Origin: Raja brachyura
Taxonomy: Eukaryota
Assembly (NCBI GenBank): GCA_963514005.1
Contig: OY740810.1
Span: 496,001 to 560,000 of the forward strand
DNA length: 64,000 nucleotides
Direction: 5' to 3'
The notes below the pieces were generated by a model. It worked only from the letters and a program-made list of their open reading frames with translations, searched no databases and had not been told where the DNA came from. This document shows, piece by piece, positions 49,755-61,730 of this stretch (positions within the stretch are counted from its first letter, which is position 1; every line of letters starts with the position of its first letter). Position numbers and translations under genes: made by a program.

Positions 49755-50297
49755 ACAGATGGGACATGTTGGTCAGTGTGGGCAAGTTGGGCAGAAGGGC
49801 CTGTTTCCATACTGTATCACTCTATGACTAGTATAGATGGGACATGTTGGTCAGTGTGGGCAAGTTGGGCTGAAGGGCCCGTTTCTACACTGTATCACTC
49901 TGTGACTGGTGTACATGGGGCATGTTGGCCGGAGTGGGCAAGTTGGGCTGAAGGGCCCGTTTCTACACTGTATCACTCTATGACTAGTATAGATGGGACA
50001 TGTTGGTCAGTGTGGGCAAGTTGGGCCGAAGGGCCTGTTTCCACACTGTATCACTCTATGACTAGTATAGATGGGACATGTTGGTCAGTGTGGGCAAGTT
50101 GGGCAGAAGGGCCTGTTTCCATACTGTATCACTCTGTGACTGGTGTAGCTGGGGCATGTTGGTCAGTGTGGGCAAGTTGGGCCGAAGGGCCCGTTTCTAC
50201 ACTGTATCACTCTGTGACTGGTGTACATGGGACATGTTGGTCAGTATGGGCAAGTTGGGCAGAAGGGCCCGTTTCCATACTGTATCACTTTATGATA
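49755..50297 (+). repeat. 7 x 78-bp tandem array of the CR1/SINE 3' tail
   Basis: ggg(a/g)catgttgg recurs at 49761, 49839, 49917, 49995, 50073, 50151, 50229; monomer homolog on the minus strand at ~57157-57240. Confidence 0.95.
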
Positions 50298-50589
50298 TAT
50301 TTCAACATTTTCCCTGTTTTTCCTTCCAGAATATATTAACATGATCTTATTCTTAGTAAATAACATTTGCCTTCTGCCACAAAGCTGTTCATGGCTTCCT
50401 GAAATGTTCTATAGAACTCACTGTTTGCTACAGAATTCAGTTTTTGGATAATAATAAACTGTCAGAACTGTACCATAGCAATGAGCAATGTTCAAGCCCA
50501 GCTCTGTAGAGGCTGATTAAACCTCTGTAGAGGTTTGGTTAAACAGATCAGTCTGAAGAAGGTTCCTGACCTGAGACATCACCTACCCA

Positions 50590-52425
50590 ATTCAATTCAA
50601 TCTTTATTGTCATTGTGCAGTGTACAATACAGAGACAACGAAATGCAGTTGGTATCTCCGAAGGGCGAACTTACGAATGAACAAGTAATTGCGCAGTAGT
50701 ATGAGTATATACATCTATACATATACAGTGTCCGGGGGGGAGGGGGGGAGGGGTGGAGACAGGCAGTCATTGAGGTGCAGCGTTGAGATGTGTGACAGCC
50801 GCAGGGAAGAAGCTGTTCTTGAGCCTGCTGGTCCGGCAGCGGAGGGACCTATAGCGTCTCCCGGATGGGAGGAGGGTAAACAGTCTATGGTTGGGGTGTG
50901 AGCTGTTCCTGGCGATGCTGTGCGCCCTGCGCAGGCATCGTTTACTATGGACATGCTCAATGGAGGGGAGTGAGGAGCCTGTGATGCGTTGGGCGATCTT
51001 CACCACCCTCTGCAGAGCTTTCTGGTCGGCGACAGAGCAGTTACCATACCATACTGTGATGCAGTTGGTAAGGATGCTCTCAGCGGTGCAGCGGTAGAAG
51101 TTCACCAGAATCTGGGGAGACAGGTGGACCTTCTTAAGTCTCCTCAGGAAGAAGAGACGCTGGTGAGCCTTCTTGATCAGCGAGGATGTGTTGTGGGTCC
51201 AGGAGAGGTCATCGGAGATGTTGACCCCCAGGAACCTGAAGCTGGAGACACGTTCCACCTCCGTCTCGTTGATATGGATGGGGGTGTGCGTGTAGCCTCT
51301 TGATCTCCTGAAGTCCACAATGAGCTCCTTGGTCTTCTTGGAGTTGAGGGCCAGGTTATTGTCGGCACACCATGCTGTTAGGAGCTGAACCTCCTCCCTG
51401 TAGGCCGACTCAACGTTGTCGCTGATGAGGCCAATCACCGTCGTGTCATCTGCATACTTGATGATGGTGTTGGTACCATGTACAGGTATGCAGTTGTAGG
51501 TGAAGAGGGAGTTGAGGAGGGGGCTCAGCACGCAGCCCTGGGGTACGCCAGTGTTCAGGGTGAGGGTAGAAGAGGAGTGGTTATCCAACCTGACAGACTG
51601 CGGTCTGTTGGTTAGAAAGTCCAGTAACCAATTGCAGAGGGAGGGGTTGATGCCCAGGTCATCGAGTTTGGCGATCAATTTAGAGGGGATAATGGTGTTG
51701 AATGCTGAGCTGTAGTCGATGAACAGCATTCTCACATAAGTGTTTCTGTTGTTGAGGTGGGAGAGGGCGGAGTGGAGTGCCGTTGAGATGGCATCCTCCG
51801 TGCTCCTGTTCTTGCGGTAAGCAAACTGGTAGGGGTCCAGAGTGGGAGGTAGGCAGCATTTGAGGTGTGCCATGACCAGCCTTTCAAAGCACTTGGCGAT
51901 GATAGGGGTGAGTGCAACTGGGCGGAAGTCGTTGAGGCTCGCCGCAGTGGAGTGTTTTGGCACTGGCACGATGGAGGTAGTTTTAAGGCACGTGGGGACA
52001 ACTGCCTGGGCAAGTGACAGGTTGAAGATGTCAGTCCAGACATCTGTCAGCTGTGCAGCACAGGTCCTGAGGACGCGCCTGGGGATGCCGTCAGGGCCGG
52101 CAGCCTTACGTACATTGATCCTACTCAGTGCCATGTGCACGTCGTAGGGGTTGAGTGTGAGGGGCTGGTGGTCATCGGGGAGCCCAGTCTTGATGGCCAA
52201 CTCTTGGTTGTCCCTTTCAAAGCGGCCATAAAAGTGATTGAGTTCCTCAAGGAAGGATGCGTCGCTGGAAGTAGGGGTGGAGTTGGTGGCTCTGTAGTCA
52301 GTGATGGCCCGGATGCCATGCCACATGCGTCGGGGGTCGGAGTTGCTGTCGAAGTGCTCCTCGATCCGCACCTTGTATCTATGTTTGGCGTTCTCGATGC
52401 CCCTCTTCAGATTGGCCCTCGATGA
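50590..52425 (-). mobile_element. Rex1/Babar-like LINE, 5'-truncated, young, inserted into a Penelope pLTR unit
   Basis: (ATTGA)n tail after gacaataaag; 5-bp TSD accca at 50585-50589 and 52426-52430; the flanks rejoin as tcagtctgaagaaggttcc...acccatgttctccaaagatgctgc. Confidence 0.9.
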
Positions 52426-52440
52426 ACCCATGTTCTCCAA
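50767..52440 (-). CDS. Uninterrupted reverse-transcriptase ORF of the truncated Rex1/Babar-like LINE (557 aa)
   Basis: [44 protein letters not shown]; first residues come from flanking DNA, so probably not expressed as annotated. Confidence 0.75.
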   Translation of the reverse strand: MENMGSSRANLKRGIENAKHRYKVRIEEHFDSNSDPRRMWHGIRAITDYRATNSTPTSSDASFLEELNHFYGRFERDNQELAIKTGLPDDHQPLTLNPYDVHMALSRINVRKAAGPDGIPRRVLRTCAAQLTDVWTDIFNLSLAQAVVPTCLKTTSIVPVPKHSTAASLNDFRPVALTPIIAKCFERLVMAHLKCCLPPTLDPYQFAYRKNRSTEDAISTALHSALSHLNNRNTYVRMLFIDYSSAFNTIIPSKLIAKLDDLGINPSLCNWLLDFLTNRPQSVRLDNHSSSTLTLNTGVPQGCVLSPLLNSLFTYNCIPVHGTNTIIKYADDTTVIGLISDNVESAYREEVQLLTAWCADNNLALNSKKTKELIVDFRRSRGYTHTPIHINETEVERVSSFRFLGVNISDDLSWTHNTSSLIKKAHQRLFFLRRLKKVHLSPQILVNFYRCTAESILTNCITVWYGNCSVADQKALQRVVKIAQRITGSSLPSIEHVHSKRCLRRAHSIARNSSHPNHRLFTLLPSGRRYRSLRCRTSRLKNSFFPAAVTHLNAAPQ

Positions 52441-52676
52441 AGATGCTGCTTACCTGTTGAGTTTCTCCAGTGCTTTGCGTCCTTGTCTGTGAACCAGGTG
52501 GGTCAGTGGTGAAGAGCTGGGCTCGCAGTTGACATCTGTCACCCTGCCACTGCCAGTGTACCCACTGGATGACCGACATTGGGTGTCTCCCTCACAAACA
52601 GCAGCTCTCGGTGAAATTGGGTCAGATTTGTGGTCGTACACGGAGGGAGGATCATGACTGTGATATCTCTGGAACT

Positions 52677-52860
52677 NNNNNNNNNNNNNNNNNNNNNNNN
52701 NNNNNNNNNNNNNNNNNNNNNNNNNNNNNNNNNNNNNNNNNNNNNNNNNNNNNNNNNNNNNNNNNNNNNNNNNNNNNNNNNNNNNNNNNNNNNNNNNNNN
52801 NNNNNNNNNNNNNNNNNNNNNNNNNNNNNNNNNNNNNNNNNNNNNNNNNNNNNNNNNNNN
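52677..52860. other. Assembly gap (184 N)
   Basis: Run of N. Confidence 1.
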
Positions 52861-53875
52861 CGAGCTCTGCCCTATCTCTGTGTGGCTTTACAATTCTATG
52901 GAAACACCGTACACTTCCACCTCTTGTGCATTCCTCATTCCCACTGCTCCATGAGGCAAGCTCTCAACTTGCGAGACTCTACTGTGTGGAAGCCCTCTTT
53001 CAAATGTATTTGGGAGTCTCCCAGCTTTGCATGGAGTCAGCCTGCCCGTGGTTTATTGGGAGCTCCGGATTCTATGGTCTGTAGATCAAGTGGAATGAGA
53101 AAGATTAGTCTTTCTCTTCCACAGGCATCGCCAAATACTTTGGATAAATTGCCTGAGAAACTGTGATTGTGCATTGGAATTAAAGCATTTTACAAAGGAG
53201 ACTAAACCAAGCTCTAGTATTTTACATCCAGTATGAAATATAGCCTGAAAATTACAATACATTTATGCAGCAATCTAGCAAATACAGCTGTAATTGCAGG
53301 GATGAATAAATGTTGCACCTAACTGCAATAGCATTAAGCAAAACCATCTGTTTAGTGAGGCCTGAAGGAAGTGGTTATTAAATGATCTTTATTCATCTGT
53401 TGTAGCTGGGAAGATGAGGTGATGCCAGTAGGCAACGTTTCCTCATTCAGCACTAACAACAGATGTGCTCATGGATGACAAAGATGGAAGTGTTGTTCTT
53501 GTTGAATGATGCAAGAACAATCCTCCTCTTAAGATCTGATCCATTCTATCTCCTCAGATGAGGATCAACTCTCTCCTTCTCTCAACCTCGATCTCCTCCT
53601 GTGATGCTCATTAACATTTACCTTTTTGACCAGATTACTCAGGCATCTATGTGTCCTTGTATTTACTAAGGCGGCATGGTAACAAATGTCATTCGATAAT
53701 GTTCTAGTGAAGCACCTCAGATATTTCCCTAAAAACATTATACTAGCACAATCTGGGGACTGGGGTAATTATCTTAAAGTTAAGTCTTAGTTTCCCTGTC
53801 AAACGTGCTTCTTGTTGTCTAACATTAGGAATACTAATGAGATGTAGGCTGGTAGACGTAAATCATCCATTGTGA

Positions 53876-54107
53876 AACATAGAAACATAGAAACATAGAA
53901 AAATAGGTGCAGGAGTAGGCCATTCGGCCCTTTGAGCCTGCACCGCCATTCAATGTGATCATGGCTGATCATCCAACTCAGTATCCTGTACCTGCCTTCT
54001 CTCCATACCCCCTGATCCCTTTAGCCACAAGTGCCACATCTAACGCCCTCTTAAATATAGCCAATGAACTGGCCTCAACTACCTTCTGTGGCAGAGAATT
54101 CCAGAGA
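53876..54107 (-). mobile_element. CR1 3' fragment
   Basis: (acatagaa)n tail; near-identical to 29441-29660. Confidence 0.92.
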
Positions 54108-54298
54108 AACCTTTCCTACTTCACAACAGGACTAAATTACAAATCAAAAATAAAATGTTAGGAATGTGAAATAAAAAACACAAATGCTGTGAACAGCAAG
54201 CAGGACAAGCAGTGCCTGTGGGGAGAGAAGCCGTCAGTGTTTCAGGTGCTTGTGTATAGATATCAGAAGAGGATCAACAGCCAAGAGTGTTTTATTGT

Positions 54299-54516
54299 GG
54301 GTTACAAAAAGCTGGAGAAACTCAGCGGGTGCAGCAGCATCTAAGGAGCGAAGGAGATAGGCGACGTTTCGGGTCGAGACCCTTCTTCAGACCCGAAACG
54401 TCGACCCGAAACGTCGCCTATCTCCTTCGCTCCTTAGATGCTGCTGCACCCGCTGAGTTTCTCCAGCTTTTTGTGTAACCCTCGATTCTCCAGCATCTGC
54501 AGTTCCTTCTTTAACA
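54299..54516. mobile_element. 218-bp fold-back Penelope pLTR-only element with hammerhead motif
   Basis: Arms 54299-54377 and 54401-54481 are inverted (one 2-bp indel); 17-bp TSD caagagtgttttattgt at 54282-54298 and 54517-54533. Confidence 0.9.
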
Positions 54517-55834
54517 CAAGAGTGTTTTATTGTCATGTGTCCCAGATAGAACAATGCCATTTTTACTTGCTGCAGCACAACACAATATGTAAACATAGCA
54601 CACTGTAAACAATTTGATAAACGAGAGAGAAAAGAAAGTTCCGTATGTATACCATCCATTGTTGAGTATCTCAGGCTCTCGCTTCAGATAGGATAAAAAT
54701 ATTGCAACATCTGCTGGAACGACCAATCAATACCAAGCACTCATGAAACATCCATGAAACTGTAGAATCATGGCAAATCTTCACTTTCACTTCCTTACTC
54801 CTTTAATGTCTGAAATCTCCTTCAGTCTGACATCTCTCATCTTTTTACACCTCTAAAAAGGTCCAACTAGGGCCACTCCTTCAGATGTCTTCTCCCTATT
54901 TCTGAAAATCCACTTCCCAGCTCTGAAATTCTCTGTGAAACACATGAAAGGAGCAGCATAAATGCTGAGTCTTTCATGAAAGGATTTAATGTTGGCATTT
55001 GGCTAGATTATCCAAAAAGAAACAATGCAGACTATTATTAATATGTTTGTTTGCCAGCAATGGAAGATTATTTCTCTGAGTTATAAATCATTACAATTTT
55101 AGGAAAAGTTTGCACACCTCCATAGTTAGTTTGATGAAAATTAGGTCAAAGTTTTCACAAAGTTGCAGCTCTTGTCCATCCATGGCCCATTAAACCCATC
55201 CGCAGAAAGTTAAATCTGGTCGTTAATAAAGTAAGTATCCTTTTAATGGCATGGTAATTGTTAATGACCTCCAATCAACTTTTCTTGCCTGCAAAGTGAG
55301 TAATTAAAGGTGTGAAGATGTGGAACAAATTGGTTTTGGAGATTTTATTAACGTGTTAAAATTGTTATCTTTATTTCATTTCACTTTCTACCTCTTTACT
55401 TGCACTATTTTCAATTATTTTCTCCTTTATTTCTCTAAAACCGCCCATTCTAACAATTTGCTTTTCAATCCTTCCTATGATTATTTTTAAATTCTTAAAC
55501 CTCTGTTGAGGAGCCAAGTTGTCCTGTTTGTTGCAGCAGGAGACCACACTCCCAGCAAGCCTCAGTAAAACATGCCTTCAATTGTGTTTGGAGGCACGAC
55601 TGATTAACAGGGATACACAGAGATGCGATGCTGCAGCCAAGTGCCTCTAGGGACACATTCTCGTGCCTTTGGCTGGCGGCTTGTTGTGTAGGAACCCCTG
55701 TAACAGATCAAGTTAATTAACATTTCCCCTGCCTGTCGACATTTTAAAAAGCAAGATTGCAATAGTTTTTTATGCATCCTTCTACATGGAAGACCTGTGT
55801 GAATCTCTGAGCTGATTTTAGAACATGGAGACAG

Positions 55835-56005
55835 AAGAGACTGCAGATGCTGTGTTGCTGGAGGAACTCAATGTGTTGGGCAGCATCTGTGGAAGGAAGT
55901 AGACAGATAATGTTTTAGGTCGTGACTGAGGGAGGATTGTAACCATTGGTTGTCTACTGCCTCCCCTCTATTGACTTCCTGTATTGACTTCCTCCAGCAG
56001 TCTGT
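55835..56005. mobile_element. Old fold-back pLTR-like element
   Basis: ctgcagatgct..tgctggaggaactcaat..ggcagcatct..gtagacag, then inverted tgtctactgcc...ttcctccagca. Confidence 0.5.
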
Positions 56006-56734
56006 TTTCCCCTCACTTATTTAGAACACATTGGAGCTTGTACAATTGGCAGCATTTCACTAAGAATGACAACAGAATCTCCAACACAGCATGGATGGTT
56101 GTGACCTCTGTGTAAATACACAGCTGATTGCTAGCGACTTCCTGATGGTTGGGTTGTGCTCTGGGGTACGGTACAGGGAGCTCATTCATTGGGCTGGGGG
56201 GGGGGGGGGGGGGGAGAGGGTGGGTAGAAGGAGGATTACGTGTTAGCTTGGGCTTAGTAGTCCAAAGAACTTCCCAGACTCTGAGAATCTGTGACCTTTG
56301 TCAAAGAAAATAATTGATTTAATTTTAATACATTTATTTCTAGCATAATATTTTCTACAGTTTTAACTGTTTAATTCCTTAATAATTACAAATTGCTATA
56401 GTGTAATTTTTTAATGGTTTCTGGGACTTTGTGAGTATCAATATGATGTACATAATTGGTGAGTCAAGGTGCCATTATTGTCAATAACAGACAAACCCTT
56501 TGTACAAGGTTGTACAAGATGCATGAGGTGTGCAAGCTCAACTGGAAATCAGATGGGCAGCAAGTTTAATCAAGAAGGAAAATGACAGAAATTATCCACA
56601 GTCAGTAAGCTTTGTGGCATGGCTTTCCCAGCTGTCAATGGATTTGTGCAAAACCCGGGCTTACCATTTATACTTGGAAGAATCCCAGACTATTGTCTAT
56701 TGACTATTTGCTGAAGACATTGAGGCACAAGATA

Positions 56735-56910
56735 TTGCAGATGCTGTAATCTGGAAACAAAGCCAAGGTGCTGGAGGAACTCAGAGAGTCAGGCAGCATC
56801 TATGGAGGGAGAAGGATGGTTGATGTTTTGGGGTGTGATACTGCAGCAGGACCTGAACGTCAACATCTCTCTGCTTCCACAAATGCTGCCTGAGTTCCTC
56901 CAACAACTTG
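56735..56910. mobile_element. Old fold-back pLTR-like element
   Basis: gctggaggaactcag..caggcagcatct..gttgatgttttgggt, then inverted acctgaacgtcaac..atgctgcctgagttcctcca. Confidence 0.6.
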
Positions 56911-58213
56911 ATTTCTGCGAGGGAAATTCACACCAGGTTGGGACCAAGTTTACTGAGCCGGGCAAGTGCTGCCATGAAGACTTGGGCCATTGCAATCTTC
57001 AAGACCAATAGTGCAAGGTGCCAGCAATGCTTGAAAGTAGCAGCAAGGAGAGTTAAAGAAAAGCACCAAGCCTGGGCTGGAACTGTCTGTAGACTGCTAG
57101 AAGAAAGAATATTTGTAAAATGCAAGAAAATCCAGTGAGTTTCTGGGGCTGGTCTTAGAGTCATCGAGTGACACAGCATGGAAACAGGCCCTTCGGCCCA
57201 ACTTGCCCACACTGACCAACATGTCCCATCTACACTAGTGGTGTATAGTACATGAAGGGAGACGTAGAGCAAGTTGTGTGACAGAATACTAAAGATGGAT
57301 AATACCAGGTACTGTGGGATGAAATTATAGATTAAAGTTATTCACAAGTAGATGATTTATTCAACTAATAATAGGAAAGTAATTTATGATATGAATTTAA
57401 TTGGGGCAAGTAGTTGGCGGATTATTTATTTGAAATGTAGTTGCTGCTGTTTTCCTTTTGGAAAGGAAAGGGTGCCCAGAAACCTGACAGAAACAGGAAA
57501 TTATTGGTTAACCATTCTTCCTGATGTTACTTGAGTGAGATCCAGCATGATAGCATGATAGCATGAGATGTTTCCAAATATAACTTTGGTTGCTAACTTC
57601 ATGTTAAGAACTCCATTTTTCATACCAATTATAACCACGACTGACTTCCCTGCCCAATGTTGTCCTTTAGAATAGTCTATACTGAGTGCAGATGCATACT
57701 TGCACATGCTCCTGTTACTTATCTCAGATGTACACGGCACATTCAGTGCCAACAGAGGTGAATGGCCTTGCGTTATTATATTGTCAACTGGGATAAAAGC
57801 AGGCAATGAAAGATATGTGTTGCTATTTTTTATAACAGCTAGAGATTTTCCTCTTCTTGGAATGAAAACAGAAACATATGTTGACAAATTGAAATTGATG
57901 TTTCTGAGGTTTCTGTAGCTGAGTTCCTGTCCATCCTTTTGGAGGGTGGAAAATCCCATGGGAATAATTGGAGAGGAGTAGAGGAGATTCTGGGCCCACC
58001 TCCCCAATATGTGTTCCCCTCAATATTAATCCTTTCATAATTTACAATAAAATGGCTGATTTGTTGCCGTTGCTATTTGGGGATAATCTTGCATTGCAAA
58101 TTGTCAAATACATTTCCATTTGGAGAAACAGCTTTAGCTATTAGGCTCAGTTATCCAGTACATTGACAGGTCATGAAAGGTGCCATATAAAAGCAAACCT
58201 TTCCCTTTCCCTC

Positions 58214-58305
58214 GGGGGTTACACAAAAAGCTGGAGAAACTGAGCGGGTGCAGCAGCAGCTAAGGAGCGAAGGAGATAGGCGAAGTTTCGGGTCGAGACC
58301 CTTCT
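58214..58305 (-). mobile_element. 92-bp pLTR monomer, same subfamily as 54299
   Basis: Near-identical to the 54299 left arm; 14-bp TSD tttccctttccctc at 58200-58213 and 58306-58319. Confidence 0.85.
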
Positions 58306-58467
58306 TTTCCCTTTCCCTCCATTTGCTTTCAATTTCTGCCCATTGGTACTGTGAACCCTGCAATTTTAACGGTCCAGCTGATACTAAAGTGAGGTATTGA
58401 ATGGTGTCACAAATCTATTGATGAGGCCACTGTGCTGAATCAGGGTTCTCTACACCATTGAATGACA

Positions 58468-58790
58468 GACACAAAGTGCTGGAGTAACTCAGCGGGTCAG
58501 GCAGCATCTGTGGAGAGCATGGATAGGTGACGTTTCACAGAGTGCTGGAGTAACTCAGTGGGTCAGGCAGCATCTGTGGAGAACATGGATAGGTGACGTT
58601 TCACAGAGTGCTGGAGTAACTCAGCGGGTCAGGCAGCATCTGTGGAGAACATGGATAGGTGACGTTTCACAGAGTGCTGGAGTAACTCAGCGGGTCAGGC
58701 AGCATCTGTGGAGAACATGGATAGGTGACGTTTCACAGAGTGCTGGAGTAACTCAGCGGGTCAGGCAGCATCTGTGGAGAGAAGGAATGG
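58468..58790 (-). repeat. About 5 x 66-bp tandem array of the Penelope pLTR 3' segment
   Basis: ggagtaactcag recurs at 58481, 58547, 58613, 58679, 58745; units nearly identical. Confidence 0.95.
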
Positions 58791-60469
58791 GGAAGGAATT
58801 CTTTACACCATCCCTGCCAGCATTGCTCAGTATACAGCAGTGATATTAAACCATTGACGTGTTATGAAGAATGTTATTGCACACCTGCTAGAGCTTTCAA
58901 AATCATTATAAAACTTTCCCTGTGTACTGAAGTGGAATATTAGTCTGGGCAGTGCAACAGTAATTACTATCTGCTGCCTGGAGCATTCAAGGTGCCAGTG
59001 TTGCTTAAACACTGCAGCGAGAACAGTTGTTGTGACAGATGCCAAGTCCAAATGTTGCACGTCAGCTTTCATTCTCTTAGTGATCGAAAACTTGCACATG
59101 TACTGCTTCTCAAATGAAGCAAGGAAATAATTACCATGGCTTCTCCCAATCACCCCTCAGCCTTGTGTGATTGCCCATGTCTTTTTAAGTATTCTCACCA
59201 ATGGTTGCAAGCACCTCACCGATGTGAAACATTAGCAAGGAAACGGAATTGAACACTCTTCTAAAGATAATTACCTGAACGCTGCATTGCAAAGAGCAGA
59301 TAAATGGAAGCTTTAACTCTTTCAAAATGATTCACCCTTTGGCAATGTAGGGAATAGCAGTTTAGTCTGTGCTGTCAATCCACTGTGTCAGTAGAGTTGT
59401 TGTGAACTTTTTCTCTTCTCATGTACACACTGACACTGTGCCAATGATCTGATTAACTTCATCATGAATTAGTGTTTATGTGTGAGCCCAGTCAGTCCAG
59501 TCCAATCCCACCATTATTCATACACAACAGTCAGAAACTATAAATCCACAGTATGAACCCTTCTGATTTTGCTCCCAATTTTCTAGCAGTGTTTTGGTTT
59601 TCTGTTGTAATCAGATCCTGCCCTGAACTCCATTCCCGAGCAATGAACTCCATCCCTGTCCCAGGCAACCGCTTTATGAAGACAAATCTAAACATAAGAA
59701 CATGCCAATTAGGAACAACATTAGCCACTTACCCACTCCCATCAAATCATGGCTGATCTGATTGCAGCCATAACTACAATTCTTATCCTGATCTTATCTG
59801 CCTCTTTAAGGAGGCGAATTCCAAGACTCACATCCCGCTGGGGGAAAAACAATCACCTCATCTGTTGTAAGTGAGTGACCCTTTGGCTGGCTGCTGTACT
59901 CCCACCTGACCACTGTGTCATGCCCCCAAGGTCAGTTATAACCGTGTTCTATTTAACCTCACAATGTGGTTCCCTCTGCATTTCAGCACCATCACTAAGA
60001 TGAAATGATCTCTAGGTCTGACCCACTGTGTGAGGGCAACTATATCTGTGACTAGTGGGCTATTGATACATAACTTTATCTTCATGTTCATGATATAATA
60101 CGTTCTGCAAGACCAGTTGACCAATGCCTTTGTGCAATAGAATGCTTTATTTCCCAGCCTAACATTCCAGAGTGTACATAGTGATGTGAATATTATCTGG
60201 ACCAGATATTTTAGTGACAGTGACACTCACATACATTAGTGGCACACATCAATAGCACATTATAAATAACCAATCAACTCAATGTTCAATAATATAGATT
60301 GATGTAATACAGGGACTGCAAGAAGGGGAAGGTGGTATTTGTTAATAGCGTTAGGGATACTAAGGTACAGGATAATTTTTTTCAGTCTCAGATACCTGTT
60401 GATGTTACAACTGTTGCTGATCAATACTACTGTTGATGATCAATACTACTGTTGATCAACATGTGGTTG

Positions 60470-60746
60470 CTGAGAGAGAAAGCAAGGGCTATCTGAAGTT
60501 AGAGAAGTCAATGTTCATACTGCTGGGGTGTAAACTACCCAAGCGAAATATGTCCTTTCTCTCCCCATCCCCTCCCCTCCCCAGTTCTCCCGCCAGTCTT
60601 ACTGTCTCCGCCTTCATTCTATCTTTGTCCCTCCCCCTCCCCTGATCAGTCTGAAGAAAGGTCTTGACATGAACCGTCGCCTATTCATTCTCGCCTGAAA
60701 TGCTGCCTCACCCGCTGAGTTACTCCAGCGTTTGGAGTCTACCTTC
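60470..60746. mobile_element. Penelope-like 3' fragment with an internal inversion
   Basis: 60470-60552 matches 25470-25550 in the same sense; 60553-60746 matches the reverse complement of 25286-25475. Confidence 0.75.
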
Positions 60747-61029
60747 CATGCTACTGTAGATGATCTGTGCTACTGTTGATCTACTTGCAGTTGATCAGTT
60801 GATGCTACCATTACTATGATCTCTGTAGATGATGTAGACTCCAGGCAGAAGGAGACTTGTCTACACTGTAGACTCCTTCCCCCCTCCTGTTCCTCCATTT
60901 CCTGTTACATTTCCAATTCTTTGATTTACTTGCTCCTTCTACTTCTTGCTAGTGTTGGTTAGTTTGTAGCAAGGACTGTTCTCTTAGTCTGGTCTGGTAG
61001 AGTCAAGGAAGGTTGAGTCCTTCATCTCA

Positions 61030-61325
61030 TGAGCCCACACTGACCATTAGCCATATAGACGCATTTAAACCAGTTCCATTTATACTCCTCATATTCCGTT
61101 AATGCCTTCTACTTACAAGGAGCAATTGGCAATGGCCAATTAATTAAATTAAACTTCACAAAAGCCTGATTTTGAGATGTGGGGGAAAATGGGATTACAT
61201 AGAGGTCACCCACATGGTCAAACAAACCAAACTGGTACATTCCATGCAGACAGTAGCAGAAGTCAGGATTGAACCTGGGTCTCTTGTGCTGTGAGGCAGT
61301 GGCTCTACCTCCTGTGCCACTGGGC
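61030..61325 (-). mobile_element. Degenerate SINE
   Basis: gtcaggattgaacctgggtctcttgtgctgtgaggcagtggctctacctcctgtgccac is the reverse complement of the tRNA-like head. Confidence 0.75.
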
Positions 61326-61641
61326 TGCCAGCAAGCAGCAGATCACCACAGATAGAGATACTCACTTGGCCAATACTGCAGGCCTCCTGGAGTACCAAGG
61401 CCTCCTGGAGTACCAAGGCAGGCGAATGTGGTCTGAGAGCACAGTTGCTTTGATGTTCAACAGGGTGGCACAGCCTGGCTGTGAACCATGGCATCCACAA
61501 AAGTAATTCAAAGATAGCTGGGCCTACAAGACGTATGTGGATGGTAGAATGCCAGTTGCATGAGCATTCATGCACAGTTTGTGGTTATTCCGTAATTGCA
61601 CATCGTGGCAGTGGAGTTCCTGTCATCATGTGAAAATGGTC

Positions 61642-61730
61642 GGTTACACAAAAAGCTGGAGAAACTCAGCGGGTGCAGCAGCATCTAAGGAGCGAAGGAG
61701 ATAGGCGACGTTTCAGGTTGAGACTCTTCT
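61642..61730 (-). mobile_element. pLTR monomer, same subfamily as 54299 and 58214
   Basis: ggttacacaaaaagctggagaaactcagcgggtgcagcagcatctaaggagcgaaggagataggcgacgtttc. Confidence 0.85.

Noticed and set aside
49755-50297. CRISPR-like array, or a 207-aa Trp-rich repeat protein (ORF 49716-50339)
   Set aside because: Units are contiguous with no unique spacers, derive from the CR1/SINE tail, and there are no cas genes; the ORF is a by-product of the 78-bp period.
52569-53166. ORFs spanning poly-X
   Set aside because: Artefacts of the 184-N gap.
55180-55330. Putative conserved non-coding enhancer (TAAT/ATTA-rich); similar impressions at ~21880-22060 and ~26800-27100
   Set aside because: Conservation cannot be assessed without alignments; could be ancient repeats.
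58468-58790. CRISPR-like array
   Set aside because: Head-to-tail 66-bp units without variable spacers; eukaryotic pLTR origin.
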